The notes under the pieces: model-generated
What the model was told of the DNA's origin: nothing
Databases searched by the model: none
The model's input: the letters and a program-made list of their open reading frames with translations, nothing else
Assembly (NCBI GenBank): GCA_964527425.1
Contig: CAZGOA010000007.1
Coordinates: 1 to 53,527 of the forward strand
DNA from: an uncultured Gammaproteobacteria bacterium
GTDB lineage: Bacteria > Patescibacteriota > Microgenomatia > UBA10105 > UBA927
DNA: 53,527 nucleotides
Reading direction: 5' to 3'
Program-made: the position numbers and the translations under genes
Shown: positions 19,503-29,901 of the stretch, one piece after another
Position numbering within the stretch: position 1 is the stretch's first letter
How the letters are laid out: each line of letters starts with the position of its first letter

Positions 19503-20570
19503 ATGTCTTTAAAAATCGGAATTGTGGGATTACCAAACGCAGGAAAGTCAACACTTTTTAATGCGCTACTAAAAAAACAGGCTGCTTTAGCAGCAAATTA
19601 TCCATTTGCAACAATAGAACCAAATGTGGGTATTGTTCCTGTTCCTGATGAACGGCTAGTCAAATTAGCAGATGTTGTAGAACAAACAGAAGGGAAACGA
19701 CCACCGCTAAAACAAGCAACTGTTGAGTTTGTGGATATTGCGGGTCTTGTTGCTGGAGCATCTGAAGGGCAGGGGTTAGGAAACAAATTTTTATCGCATA
19801 TACGTGAAGTAGATTTGATATGTCATGTTACCAGGTATTTTGAAGACCAGGATGTTATTCATGTTGCTGGTGATGTTAATCCGGAAAGGGACAAAGGGAT
19901 TATTGAGACAGAGCTCATCTTATCTGATTTACAAACGCTTTCTAAACAAACAGAAACACGAGGAACAAAAGATAAGAGACTTATTCGAAAATGGGAACTT
20001 ATCCAAACGCTTAAACTTGCACTGGAAGATGGAAAAAGTGCAAGAGATGTAATAACCGATGAAGAAGATATAGAGGTACTTAAGGATTTGAATTTACTAA
20101 CAATGAAACCAGTTCTTTCAGTACGAAATATTGGAGAAGGACAAATAACTTCCCAAATGAACGATGAGATGCATACTGTGATTATTTCAGCCAAAATAGA
20201 AGCAGAACTCTCTTCTCTTTCTGATGAGGAACAAAAAGAGTATTTATCAACTTTAGGATGGGCATCTTCAGGACTTGACCGACTAATTCAAACAGCATAC
20301 AAAAAACTTGGACTTCTATCGTTTTTAACCTGTGGTGTTATAGAATCTCGAGCTTGGACCATAAAAAAAGGGACTTTGGCTCCCCAGGCTGCTGGAACCA
20401 TTCATACTGATTTTGAAAAAAAATTCATTAAAGCAGATATTATTAACTGGCAGGATTTTGTTGATCTTGGTGGTTGGGTAAAGGCAAGAGAAGTAGGGAA
20501 AGTTCGCCTTGAAGGTAGGGATTATGAAATACAGGATGGAGATGTAGTTGAGTTCAAAATAGGTTCATAA
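19503..20570 (+). CDS. ychF: Redox-regulated ATPase YchF
   Basis: GIVGLPNAGKSTLFNAL, NYPFATIEPN, DIAGLV, QDGDVVEF. Confidence 0.97.
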   Translation: MSLKIGIVGLPNAGKSTLFNALLKKQAALAANYPFATIEPNVGIVPVPDERLVKLADVVEQTEGKRPPLKQATVEFVDIAGLVAGASEGQGLGNKFLSHIREVDLICHVTRYFEDQDVIHVAGDVNPERDKGIIETELILSDLQTLSKQTETRGTKDKRLIRKWELIQTLKLALEDGKSARDVITDEEDIEVLKDLNLLTMKPVLSVRNIGEGQITSQMNDEMHTVIISAKIEAELSSLSDEEQKEYLSTLGWASSGLDRLIQTAYKKLGLLSFLTCGVIESRAWTIKKGTLAPQAAGTIHTDFEKKFIKADIINWQDFVDLGGWVKAREVGKVRLEGRDYEIQDGDVVEFKIGS

Positions 20571-20575
20571 TACTA

Positions 20576-20654
20576 CTTGACAATATACTTGACAAATAAC
20601 TTTACAATTAGTATACTCATTGTATTACAATAAGCTTTACAATTAACTTGACAA
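20576..20654 (+). promoter_or_regulatory. Fic-gene promoter embedded in six direct repeats (C/T)(T/A)T(G/T)ACAA
   Basis: TTGACA(20589)-N17-TATACT(20612); repeats start at 20576, 20588, 20600, 20623, 20635, 20647. Confidence 0.7.
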
Positions 20655-21673
20655 TGTTTACTCCTAACTACATAATTACGCCAGAATTGTTATCTGAAAT
20701 TACCCAGATTGAACGTCTTTACGGTCAAATTGAAGCATTAAAGATCCCTGAACAATTAGAACTAAACTTAACCAGAAACAATCTTATTCAATCATCGTAT
20801 GCTTCCAATAGAATAGAAGGAAACCCGTTAACCTTACCTGAAGTAACTAATTTGCTCCTTGATGATCGTGTACCTGTGAATAGAAGTGAGAAAGAGGTAG
20901 TGAATTATTTTGATATTATTAATCAATTATCTACCTATACGGATACCCAATTTAGTTTAGAATTACTAAAAGAAATTCATAAAAAATTATTAACTGGTGT
21001 TGATGAAACCGCCGGAACTATTCGTAATGTTGCTGTTATTGTCGGGAAATATACAGGAGAAGTAGGCAACGTAACGTTAAAAGTTAAACATAATCCACCG
21101 TTTCATACTGAGAAAGAAATAAGCACAAGCTTAAATGAACTTTTTGCTTGGATTGAAAATACGCCTCAAATTCCTGCTGTACTGCTTGCAGGTATTTTTC
21201 ATCATCAATTTGTGTATATTCATCCATTTGAAGATGGAAATGGTAGAGTTTGTAGAATTTTAACTGCTCTTATATTTCTGAAACAAAAGTACAAAATCAA
21301 TAAATATTTTATTTTAGATGATTATTATGATATTGATCGTCATCAATATTCTGATGCACTTCATAGTGCAGATTCGAATGATAAGACAGAATGGTTAACA
21401 TACTTTGCTGAAGGGATGAAACATTCATTAACCAGTGCACTCTTTAAATTACAGGAAGTAATGAAAACCCTTCCTGTAAAGCATAGACCAACAGAGAAAG
21501 AACAATCTGTACTGACGATGTTTCAAGCACAACAAGAAATTACATCACAAGATGTGGCAAAGAGTCTTAATGTTAGTAGACAGCAAGCACATAATCTTCT
21601 TTCATCCCTTGTTGAAAAAGGATTTCTTGTAAAAGAGGGAAGTACGAAATCGAGCTATTATACGTTAAAATAA
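20654..21673 (+). CDS. Fic-family protein with C-terminal winged HTH
   Basis: HPFEDGNGRVCR Fic motif; ITSQDVAKSLNVSRQQAHNLLSSLVEKG HTH. Confidence 0.93.
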   Translation: MFTPNYIITPELLSEITQIERLYGQIEALKIPEQLELNLTRNNLIQSSYASNRIEGNPLTLPEVTNLLLDDRVPVNRSEKEVVNYFDIINQLSTYTDTQFSLELLKEIHKKLLTGVDETAGTIRNVAVIVGKYTGEVGNVTLKVKHNPPFHTEKEISTSLNELFAWIENTPQIPAVLLAGIFHHQFVYIHPFEDGNGRVCRILTALIFLKQKYKINKYFILDDYYDIDRHQYSDALHSADSNDKTEWLTYFAEGMKHSLTSALFKLQEVMKTLPVKHRPTEKEQSVLTMFQAQQEITSQDVAKSLNVSRQQAHNLLSSLVEKGFLVKEGSTKSSYYTLK

Positions 21674-21694
21674 GAGTACCCAAATTAAATATAT

Positions 21695-21778
21695 GCCGTG
21701 GTGGTGAAATTGGCAGACACGTACGCTTTAGGGGCGTATGGGGGTAACCCCTTGGAGGTTCAAGTCCTCTCCACGGCA
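21695..21778 (+). tRNA. tRNA-Leu(TAG)
   Basis: GCCGTGG...TACGC-TTTAGGG-GCGTA, long variable arm, GGTTCAAGTCC...CCACGGCA. Confidence 0.95.
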
Positions 21779-21806
21779 CAAGGTAAGTTTAATGTGCGCG
21801 CCAATA

Positions 21807-21860
21807 TTGACAATTCCTTGAATTCGGCCTAATATAAGGATTATATTCCTTAAGTTAGGC
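21807..21860 (+). promoter_or_regulatory. Promoter with an overlapping inverted repeat (putative operator)
   Basis: TTGACA-N17-TAATAT; GCCTAA..AAGGA/TCCTT..TTAGGC palindrome at 21827-21860. Confidence 0.55.
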
Positions 21861-21867
21861 GTAAAAT

Positions 21868-22998
21868 ATGGATAAAAACATTCCTCGACAGATTACCTCA
21901 GCTATTGAGAATGATTTGTTTCAAGGCAAAGTTCTGATTATTACAGGTGCTCGGCAAGTTGGTAAAACTACACTCATAGAATCTATACTCACAGGTAAGA
22001 AAAAGGTAATTAGTTTTAATGCTGACAATCTTACAGATCGGACAAAACTAGAAAATCAAGATTTTGAAAAGTTAAACCATCTTGTCGGTGACAATAACAT
22101 AATTTTTATTGATGAATCTCAAAAAATAGTTAATATTGGTAACACGTTAAAGATTTTGGTTGACAACTATAAGAAATCAAAACAAATTATTGCGACCGGC
22201 TCATCTAGTTTAAATCTTCTTACAAATACCCAAGAACCATTAACAGGTAGGAAATTTGTTTATGAGTTATTCAGTCTCTCTGTTCAAGAAATGTTCCCTG
22301 ATCTATCTTTGCTTGATATCGAAAAGGTATTACCTACTTTATTGATTTATGGCTCATACCCTGGAATTTATACCAGTGATGAAGTCAATAAACGTCGGTT
22401 ATTAACAGAAATTACCAGTAGTTATTTATATCAAGATATTCTCGAATTAGAACAGGTGAGGAATCCTGCAGTACTACAAAAACTTTTATCTGCTCTCGCA
22501 TTGCAGCTTGGTTCGGAAGTATCCCTAACGGAACTGGGAAATTTAGTGGGTTTAGATTTAAAAACAGTAGAGCGGTATATTGATCTATTAGAAAAAAACT
22601 ATGTCATTTTCCGATTGCCTCCGTATTATTCAAACCAGAGGAAAACACTATCAAAATTAAATAGAATATATTTTTATGATTTAGGTATTAGAAATACGTT
22701 AATAAATAATTTCAATCCAATAAATTTACGAACCGATGTTGGTGCTCTTTGGGAGAACTTCCTTATTGTAGAGCGAATGAAACTAAGGCAATATCGTAGT
22801 ATAAATGCTTCTCAATACTTCTGGCGTACTTACGATAAAGCAGAAATTGACTTAGTAGAAGAGCGAGAAGGTAAATTGTTTGGATACGAATTTAAATGGG
22901 GACAAGAGCGAACAGCACCAAAAAGTTGGTTAGAATATCCCAATGCCACATTTACTTTAGTAAACAAGGATAATTTTATTGATTTTCTTTCGAAATAA
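21868..22998 (+). CDS. AAA_14-type ATPase with DUF4143 and C-terminal PD-(D/E)xK-like domain
   Basis: GARQVGKTT, IFIDESQ, ATGSSS, LTGR, KIYF-like RIYFYDLGIRN, EIDL...YEFKW. Confidence 0.88.
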   Translation: MDKNIPRQITSAIENDLFQGKVLIITGARQVGKTTLIESILTGKKKVISFNADNLTDRTKLENQDFEKLNHLVGDNNIIFIDESQKIVNIGNTLKILVDNYKKSKQIIATGSSSLNLLTNTQEPLTGRKFVYELFSLSVQEMFPDLSLLDIEKVLPTLLIYGSYPGIYTSDEVNKRRLLTEITSSYLYQDILELEQVRNPAVLQKLLSALALQLGSEVSLTELGNLVGLDLKTVERYIDLLEKNYVIFRLPPYYSNQRKTLSKLNRIYFYDLGIRNTLINNFNPINLRTDVGALWENFLIVERMKLRQYRSINASQYFWRTYDKAEIDLVEEREGKLFGYEFKWGQERTAPKSWLEYPNATFTLVNKDNFIDFLSK

Positions 22999-23100
22999 AA
23001 TAAGAGATAGCATAATCTAAGGGATGAACTTGGAAGGTTTAATAGATTCAAACATCATCCCAGATAGTGCACGAGGATATAAATATTGATTGGATAATAT

Positions 23101-23238
23101 TTAAAGCTTATTGTAGAACTTTATTGAAAGCAATACTGAAGCAAAAACCCAAAGAGCAATAAGCGGATAAAATCCGAAATGGAAAAACACGATAGCTTCT
23201 AACCCCATATCTTTTGTGAGTAACCTCAAGAGACCCAT
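23101..23238 (-). CDS. Possible 45-aa membrane peptide or gene remnant
   Basis: MGLLRLLTKDMGLEAIVFFHFGFYPLIALWVFASVLLSIKFYNKL; fills an otherwise empty 300-bp gap. Confidence 0.25.
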   Translation of the reverse strand: MGLLRLLTKDMGLEAIVFFHFGFYPLIALWVFASVLLSIKFYNKL

Positions 23239-23314
23239 TGAAAAGATATATCCCGTTGGTAACGATAATAAAAATGATGTTGCTTGTTATTGATAAAAAT
23301 TCTAGACTTTGGGT

Positions 23315-24226
23315 ATGATCTTATTTTCTGGTTCTAGTAATCAACCTCTTAGTAAAGAAATATCCCGGCTGTTAAATGTTCATTTGGGAGATCGTGAAAT
23401 CGATCATTTTGCTGATGGAGAAATTCGTCCCTGGGTTAAAGAAAGTGTACGGGATAAAACAGTATTCGTTATTCAATCTTTTTCTCAACCATTGAGCGAA
23501 TACATTATGGAATGTATTCTGTTAGCTGACGCAATAAAAAGAGGCGCTCCAAAACGCATGATTGGTGTTATTCCGTATTTTGGGTATGCCCGGCAAGATA
23601 AACAGCATAGAGTAGGAGAACCAGTTTCTGCACGAGTTATTGCCAAATTACTAGAGGTTGTTCCATTTCAGGAAGTCATAACTATTGATTTACATAATGA
23701 TGCAATTGTAGGATTTTTTCGAATTCCTGTAGTTCATTTATCCGCCTTACCCATCATTGCTGATTACCTAAAAACAACTGATTTAACTGATAGTGTAGTA
23801 GTTTCTCCTGATGTAGGAGGAGTAAAACGTGCCAGAAATCTTGCATTTATATTGAATCTTCCTTTGGTAGTAATGGAAAAGGGTCGCAAACTTGATAAAA
23901 CTGATGACAGTGAAGTCTATCAAATTATAGGTGATGTGAAAGGAAAAAAGATTATTCTTATTGATGATATTATTTCAACTGGCGGCACTATCGTTAATGG
24001 TGCTACTTCTCTGAGAGAACAGGGCGCTCAGTCAGTTACGGTCTGTGCAAGTCATGGCGTATTATCAGGAGATGCTATCAATAAATTGAATCAAGCACCC
24101 ATTGAAAAAGTAGTTGTCAGTGATTCGATACATCATCCAGATCTAGAACGTAATGAAAAATTTCAAATAGTTTCTGTAGCTCCTATATTAGCTCAAACAA
24201 TTAAATCTATAGTTCATAATGAATAA
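23315..24226 (+). CDS. prs: Ribose-phosphate pyrophosphokinase
   Basis: FADGEI, PYFGYARQD, SPDVGGVKRA, DDIISTGGT. Confidence 0.96.
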   Translation: MILFSGSSNQPLSKEISRLLNVHLGDREIDHFADGEIRPWVKESVRDKTVFVIQSFSQPLSEYIMECILLADAIKRGAPKRMIGVIPYFGYARQDKQHRVGEPVSARVIAKLLEVVPFQEVITIDLHNDAIVGFFRIPVVHLSALPIIADYLKTTDLTDSVVVSPDVGGVKRARNLAFILNLPLVVMEKGRKLDKTDDSEVYQIIGDVKGKKIILIDDIISTGGTIVNGATSLREQGAQSVTVCASHGVLSGDAINKLNQAPIEKVVVSDSIHHPDLERNEKFQIVSVAPILAQTIKSIVHNE

Positions 24227-24332
24227 ATTATTTTCCTTCTCATTTCTAAAGTGAGTGTGGTGTTTTCTTTAAAACGTATTGATAACCTTGCTGATACGTT
24301 GAGAATGAAATACTATCTGTAGTACTACAAGT

Positions 24333-24944
24333 ATGGATTTGTTACCTAAATCATTACAGCGTGTTATCGAGTCGTTTGAAAAACTACCCGGTATCGGACC
24401 GAAATCCGCTCAAAGACTTGCGTTTTATTTACTGCACATGCCGCAAGAAGAACTGGCAAAATTTGGGGATCATATTAAAACGCTAAAAACATCGACGGTG
24501 CTTTGTGAGATCTGTAAACATACAACCGAGGTAAGTCCGTGTGCAGTATGCCGCAATTCCGGAAGAGATCAGACAATTATCTGTGTTGTAGAACAACCAA
24601 CCGATGTTCTCTCTATTGAGAAAGTTGGAATTTTTAAGGGACTGTATCACGTACTACACGGGTCTATTGATCCACTCAATAATATCGGGCCGGATGAAAT
24701 TTTTTTATCTCAGCTAATAACCCGGATTAAAAATAGTTCTCAAATTCAAGAAATAATTCTTGCTGTTAACCCGAATATGGAAGGGGAGGCAACAAGTATG
24801 TATATCCAAAAAGAGATACAACGCCTCACTATGCCACATATTACAATCACTCGTCTAGCACATGGATTACCTGTTGGGGCTGATTTAGAATACGCGGATG
24901 AAGTAACATTAAGGAGAGCACTTGAAGGAAGACGACAGTACTAA
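24333..24944 (+). CDS. recR: Recombination mediator RecR
   Basis: LPGIGPKSAQRLAF, C4 zinc finger, ITRLAHGLPVGADLEYAD. Confidence 0.97.
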   Translation: MDLLPKSLQRVIESFEKLPGIGPKSAQRLAFYLLHMPQEELAKFGDHIKTLKTSTVLCEICKHTTEVSPCAVCRNSGRDQTIICVVEQPTDVLSIEKVGIFKGLYHVLHGSIDPLNNIGPDEIFLSQLITRIKNSSQIQEIILAVNPNMEGEATSMYIQKEIQRLTMPHITITRLAHGLPVGADLEYADEVTLRRALEGRRQY

Positions 24945-24946
24945 CA

Positions 24947-25264
24947 ATGTTTAAAAAAATGATTGAAAAAAAAGATATTGAACAAGTTCTAGACACAATT
25001 CCTGATCCTGAAATAGGGATTTCTATTTTGCAATTGGGATTAGTATATGACATTCAAATTGATCATGAGAAGCAGATTGTTACTGTAACAATGACGTTAA
25101 CCAGTATTGGATGCCCTCTTTTTGACCAGATAGCAGGGCCAATCCGTGAGAACATAATGAAATTGGGTACTATAACAGATGTAAAAGTAGATTTAACATT
25201 TGAACCACCATGGTCTCCTGATAAAATGAGTGAAGAAGCAAAAATGCAATTAGGATTTGTTTAA
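24947..25264 (+). CDS. DUF59 / SufT-like Fe-S assembly protein
   Basis: DPEIGISILQLGLVY, TLTSIGCP, FEPPWSPDKMS. Confidence 0.9.
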   Translation: MFKKMIEKKDIEQVLDTIPDPEIGISILQLGLVYDIQIDHEKQIVTVTMTLTSIGCPLFDQIAGPIRENIMKLGTITDVKVDLTFEPPWSPDKMSEEAKMQLGFV

Positions 25265-25284
25265 TTCAATAATTGACTTACACT

Positions 25285-25767
25285 ATGGCAAACAAAGCAA
25301 CTCGTTCTCCCATCCTAGGATCTTTTGAAGATATAGGTGAGCAGGTGAAGCAAGAAATCACTCAACTGCCTAAGGATATATTAGGTAGTGCACTGGAATC
25401 TGTAGGATTGAGTACTGGTGGAAAATCTCAACAGCAACAACAACATCAACAATTTGAACAACCACAAGATTCTTCAAGTCCATGGCATCAAATTGACCAA
25501 GAGAAAGACAATCAAACAAAAAAAACTATTGCTAGAGAAGCTTTACGGGCATTAGTTAGTTCTTCAGAACCTAAAAAACAATCTGTTTATGATGAAAAAA
25601 TGCAAGAAGAAGAACAAAAGAAACTGATGGAGAAAGAACGACAAGAACTAGAGAAAAGACAACACGTAGCACTACCTTCATCGGGAGCAAGAAAGGTACC
25701 TGGAATAAAATCTGCGATTAAATCTAAGCAAAGTAATGAAATTGGTAAAAATGTTAAGCAGGATTAA
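25285..25767 (+). CDS. Hypothetical Q/K/E-rich protein
   Basis: Open frame with coiled-coil composition; weak N-terminal similarity to 33821-34447. Confidence 0.6.
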   Translation: MANKATRSPILGSFEDIGEQVKQEITQLPKDILGSALESVGLSTGGKSQQQQQHQQFEQPQDSSSPWHQIDQEKDNQTKKTIAREALRALVSSSEPKKQSVYDEKMQEEEQKKLMEKERQELEKRQHVALPSSGARKVPGIKSAIKSKQSNEIGKNVKQD

Positions 25768-25928
25768 AATCTTCTGCGTACTTTTGAGATAGAATTTTAT
25801 ACAATTTAGTAAACGTATTTTTAGTGAATGTTAGATTATTAAAGTAATTTTTTACTGTCCAATTATTACAAAAGTACCAAAGCGCTGTGGGCGGGATAGT
25901 ATTCATATTTGGGAAAGCAGACGTTCGT

Positions 25929-25992
25929 CCTATCGTAAAATCGATAAATACCCGTTAGAACTTATAGTATTTCCGCTCCGGGAGCGGTTTTT
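25929..25992 (+). repeat. Conserved intergenic motif plus hairpin, copy 1
   Basis: CCGTTAG..AACTTATAGTATTTCCG..TCCGGGAGCGG shared with 34525-34588; followed by T5. Confidence 0.65.
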
Positions 25993-26052
25993 CTACTGTT
26001 TTGTATAAAAGACTCATAGCATTAGCTGACTACAATATATTATAATTTCGGT

Positions 26053-27471
26053 ATGTTACAGCTGTACAACACGATGACTAAACAATTAGAAGCGTTTAGA
26101 TCAATCGAAGAAAAAAAAGTTGGGATGTATACCTGTGGTATTACGGCATATGACTATGCGCATATTGGACATGGTAGAAAATATGTTGGTGATGATGTAT
26201 TACGTCGAACCTTAACTCTCTTAGGATATTCTGTAACACACGTACAAAACGTTACTGATGTGGGACATTTGGTATCAGATGGAGATGAAGGTGAAGACAA
26301 ATTAGAAAAAGGCGCCAAAAAAACTGGAAAAACAGTGTGGGAGGTAGCAAAGTTTTTTACTGATGATTTTTATACATCAATGGATCTGTTAAATAATTTG
26401 CGTCCAACTATTGTTTGTAAAGCAACTGATCATATCGCTGAACAAATAGCATTAATTGAGAAATTACTTAAGAAGGGTCATGCATATGAAACTCCTGAAG
26501 CACTATATTTTGATGTAACTACATTTGCTGAATACGGAAGACTATTTGGACAATCACTTGAAGAGAAGCAGGTTGCGGTAAGAGAAGAAGTAAAAACAGG
26601 GGAGCACAAAAAAAATCCGGCCGACTTTGCATTATGGTTTAAACGGGTAGGACGATTTGCAGATCACGCGATGCATTGGGAAAGCCCATGGGGAGATGGA
26701 TTTCCGGGCTGGCATATAGAATGTAGTGCTATGAGTATGAAGTATCTTGGCTCAACATTTGATATTCATACTGGTGGGATTGATCATATTCCTGTTCATC
26801 ATCCAAACGAAATCGCACAAAGTGAAGGAGCTACGAATCAACCATTCGTTCACTACTGGATTCATTATGCTCATCTCATGGTAGATAATCAAAAAATGAG
26901 CAAATCACTTGGAAATTATTATCGTATTGCTGATATTATCGACCAAGGATTTAATCCATTAAGCTTACGGTATTTATACTTAACTACTCATTACAGAAAA
27001 CCACTTAATTTTACCATTGATGCATTGAAAGCAGCTGATAACGCCCTGCAAGAATTACGAAAATATATGCGATCCATCATGCATCACGCGAAAACACACC
27101 AACGTGAGTCTTTATCTGATGAAAAATTAACAAAAACGACAAACTATCATGATGCATTTATTCAGGCACTCTGTAATGACATTAACACTCCTCAGGCATT
27201 AGCTGTTGTTTGGGAAACAGTAAAATCTAATATTCCTCCAGGAGATAAATTTGATTTACTGGAAGAATTTGATTCTGTTCTGGGGTTAGAACTATGCGTA
27301 AAGTCAGAACTTGTTGCCATTCCAGACCATATTAAAACACTTGTTAATAAACGGGAATCATATAGAACTCAAAAATTATTCGACAAGGCTGATACTGTGC
27401 GAATAGAAATTGAACAAGAAGGATATACCGTAAAAGATTCTCCTACTGGACCGATTATTGAGAAGAAATAG
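26053..27471 (+). CDS. cysS: Cysteine--tRNA ligase
   Basis: [34 protein letters not shown]. Confidence 0.97.
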   Translation: MLQLYNTMTKQLEAFRSIEEKKVGMYTCGITAYDYAHIGHGRKYVGDDVLRRTLTLLGYSVTHVQNVTDVGHLVSDGDEGEDKLEKGAKKTGKTVWEVAKFFTDDFYTSMDLLNNLRPTIVCKATDHIAEQIALIEKLLKKGHAYETPEALYFDVTTFAEYGRLFGQSLEEKQVAVREEVKTGEHKKNPADFALWFKRVGRFADHAMHWESPWGDGFPGWHIECSAMSMKYLGSTFDIHTGGIDHIPVHHPNEIAQSEGATNQPFVHYWIHYAHLMVDNQKMSKSLGNYYRIADIIDQGFNPLSLRYLYLTTHYRKPLNFTIDALKAADNALQELRKYMRSIMHHAKTHQRESLSDEKLTKTTNYHDAFIQALCNDINTPQALAVVWETVKSNIPPGDKFDLLEEFDSVLGLELCVKSELVAIPDHIKTLVNKRESYRTQKLFDKADTVRIEIEQEGYTVKDSPTGPIIEKK

Positions 27472-27846
27472 TTAATTAAAACGCAAAACAGTAAATGTTT
27501 TCTTTTGCGTATCGAATGTAGAAGCATCTACTGATAATCTGACAGTACTTCCAACTCGAATATTGTTTAAACTCACACCGGATCCAGGGAAAGCTGTAAA
27601 GGTACCCATACTGGCTGCACTGTCATTATCCGCAAACCGAACATTATCAACTGTAAGACTGCCAACATCGACGAGTGAAACGGTACCAGTTAACTGCATC
27701 GAATTCTGGACAGTTGCTTTTGCGCGGATATCTTTACTCACACTGTCAGTAGAACTTGTTTGTCCCAATATAGTAATAAACGCTATTGATAATAAAACAA
27801 ACCCAACACTCAATATAAAAAATAGTGTATAGTTTTTACTAGGCAT
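27472..27846 (-). CDS. Hypothetical membrane-anchored small beta protein
   Basis: N-terminal TM followed by a beta-rich domain. Confidence 0.6.
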   Translation of the reverse strand: MPSKNYTLFFILSVGFVLLSIAFITILGQTSSTDSVSKDIRAKATVQNSMQLTGTVSLVDVGSLTVDNVRFADNDSAASMGTFTAFPGSGVSLNNIRVGSTVRLSVDASTFDTQKKTFTVLRFN

Positions 27847-27999
27847 CTATTTTATTGTTCCATTATTTTATAAAAAAAGCAATTACAACATGTCTATAGT
27901 AAACAGACAAAAAATTGACGTAGTTTGACCCATTGAAAACATTTAAAACATCGTGGTATTACTAATATACGGGAACATTTTTTCCGGTACTTATTTTTT

Positions 28000-29895
28000 A
28001 TGACTCAGATCAGCAACAGATCATCTCAACAATCTTCAAAAGGTCTGGGTATCTTTCAAACGACAAAAGATATTTACTATTATTATCGTTTAGGAAGACC
28101 CGAAGGAGCTGTGTTACAGGTTTTATCTTCTACAGATCCGTTAAATGTTCAAACCTTTCATACATATGGTACGTTTAAAAACAGAAATGGAGAAAATCGC
28201 ACTATTGATGGTGTAGAGTCATTTAGAATTTCTGAATTGGGCTCTGTATATGCGTTAACATACAAAGATAAATCAAATACTTCTGATGAATTACAACTTG
28301 CACTTTCAAAAGATCTGCAATCGTTTACCAGTATTACGAACATTAAAGGGATTAAAGAGACAGGGATGATTATTCCAAATCACTATGATAGTAAATCGTT
28401 TGTGATGGTATATGGAGAGCATGATTTACGAATTGCTACGTCAGATGATGTATTAACATGGAAGATACGTGAAGAGCCAATTGTTCATGCAATACAGGAT
28501 CATTTTGGAACATTATCTCTTATTGTCGGTGCTGTTATTCCATTAGATGTGGGTTACGCTGTTTTATATTATGCACGAGGAATTGGGGGATCACATTGGT
28601 CTATCCACGGCATCATTCTTGATAAAAAGAACCCGTCACACGTTTTATGGGAAGCAGATACTTTATGGGAATTACACAACGGCTGGGAAGAAAAACATGT
28701 CTCTCCATTAGGAATGATTTATCGAAATAATCAGTTATATTCTTATTGGGATTTTGAAAGCGAAGGTATTTTTGCAATGGAGCATCCAGCATTTAGTGGA
28801 ATGATTCATAAGAAAGCATCTTTTGCAAATTTACAACTCAATAGAATGGAACAAAATCCAGTTATAAAACCAAATTCTGAAAATTTCTGGGAATCTAAAC
28901 AAGTATTTAATGCTGCTGCAGTATATGAACAAGGAAAAGTACATTTAGTCTATAGAGCAATAGGGGATTATGATACATCTGTTTTAGGGTATGCTTCCAG
29001 TGAAGACGGCGTTCATTTTGATGACAAACATCCTGATCCAATTTATATTCCCACACAGCCGTTTGAAATGCCGCAAGGTGGTATACCCTGGTTTGCAAGC
29101 GGGCCTGGTAATTTAGTAAAAAGTCCATACGAATCAGGCGGGGGAGGATATGGTGGTTGTGAAGATCCAAGACTCACAAAAATAGAGGATCGCTATTACA
29201 TGACATATATTGCGTATGATGCAGCAAACCCCCCTCGAGTTGCACTCTCATCAATTAGTGTTAGTGATTTTCATAATAAGAACTGGAATTGGGAAACACC
29301 TGTATTAATCTCTCCTCCGGGAGTTGTAGATAAAAATTGTGTAATATTCCCAGAAAAAATTAATGGGAAGTATGCCATTATGCATCGCATTTACCCGAAT
29401 ATTTTAGTAGATTATGTTGATCATTTACGCTTTGATGGTGAAACGTTTTTGAGAGGAGAATACAAAATAAAACCAAGTAGAATGCTGTGGGATTCACGTA
29501 AAGTAGGAGCCGGTCCACCGCCTTTAAAAACAAAATATGGATGGCTCTTGATTTATCATGCTGTAGGTGAAAAAGATTCAGGTCGATATAAAATTGGAGC
29601 AATGCTATTGGATTTAAAAGATCCTACAAAAGTTATTGCCAGATCAATTGTTCCAATTCTTTCTCCAGATCATCCACATGATAACGAGGGGTTTAAATCT
29701 GGTGTTGTATATCCATGCGGAGCGATAGTTAAGGACGATCAATTAATTGTATATTACGGAGGTGCTGACACAGTTGTCTGTGGTGCTTCTACCAATCTTG
29801 AATCATTTCTTAATGAACTAATGGTTACAGGGTCTACAACAACAAAACCTATATATATACCTAAACTGCAATTTGCGTTTGCTACGGAAGAATAA
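28000..29895 (+). CDS. GH130-like glycoside phosphorylase/hydrolase with a degenerate N-terminal propeller
   Basis: VFNAAA, GCEDPR, DKNCVIFPEKINGKY, WLLIYH, GVVYPCG, YYGGAD. Confidence 0.85.
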   Translation: MTQISNRSSQQSSKGLGIFQTTKDIYYYYRLGRPEGAVLQVLSSTDPLNVQTFHTYGTFKNRNGENRTIDGVESFRISELGSVYALTYKDKSNTSDELQLALSKDLQSFTSITNIKGIKETGMIIPNHYDSKSFVMVYGEHDLRIATSDDVLTWKIREEPIVHAIQDHFGTLSLIVGAVIPLDVGYAVLYYARGIGGSHWSIHGIILDKKNPSHVLWEADTLWELHNGWEEKHVSPLGMIYRNNQLYSYWDFESEGIFAMEHPAFSGMIHKKASFANLQLNRMEQNPVIKPNSENFWESKQVFNAAAVYEQGKVHLVYRAIGDYDTSVLGYASSEDGVHFDDKHPDPIYIPTQPFEMPQGGIPWFASGPGNLVKSPYESGGGGYGGCEDPRLTKIEDRYYMTYIAYDAANPPRVALSSISVSDFHNKNWNWETPVLISPPGVVDKNCVIFPEKINGKYAIMHRIYPNILVDYVDHLRFDGETFLRGEYKIKPSRMLWDSRKVGAGPPPLKTKYGWLLIYHAVGEKDSGRYKIGAMLLDLKDPTKVIARSIVPILSPDHPHDNEGFKSGVVYPCGAIVKDDQLIVYYGGADTVVCGASTNLESFLNELMVTGSTTTKPIYIPKLQFAFATEE

Positions 29896-29901
29896 TAGGT
29901 C

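Noticed and set aside
21573-21779. 68-aa minus-strand ORF MPWRGLEPPR...
   Set aside because: Antisense translation of tRNA-Leu.
25880-25930. GGGAAAGCAG as SRP RNA helix 8
   Set aside because: The CAGG-stem-GNRA-stem-AGCA geometry is not present.
25770-26052. Cys leader peptide or T-box upstream of cysS
   Set aside because: No Cys-codon uORF and no T-box consensus found.
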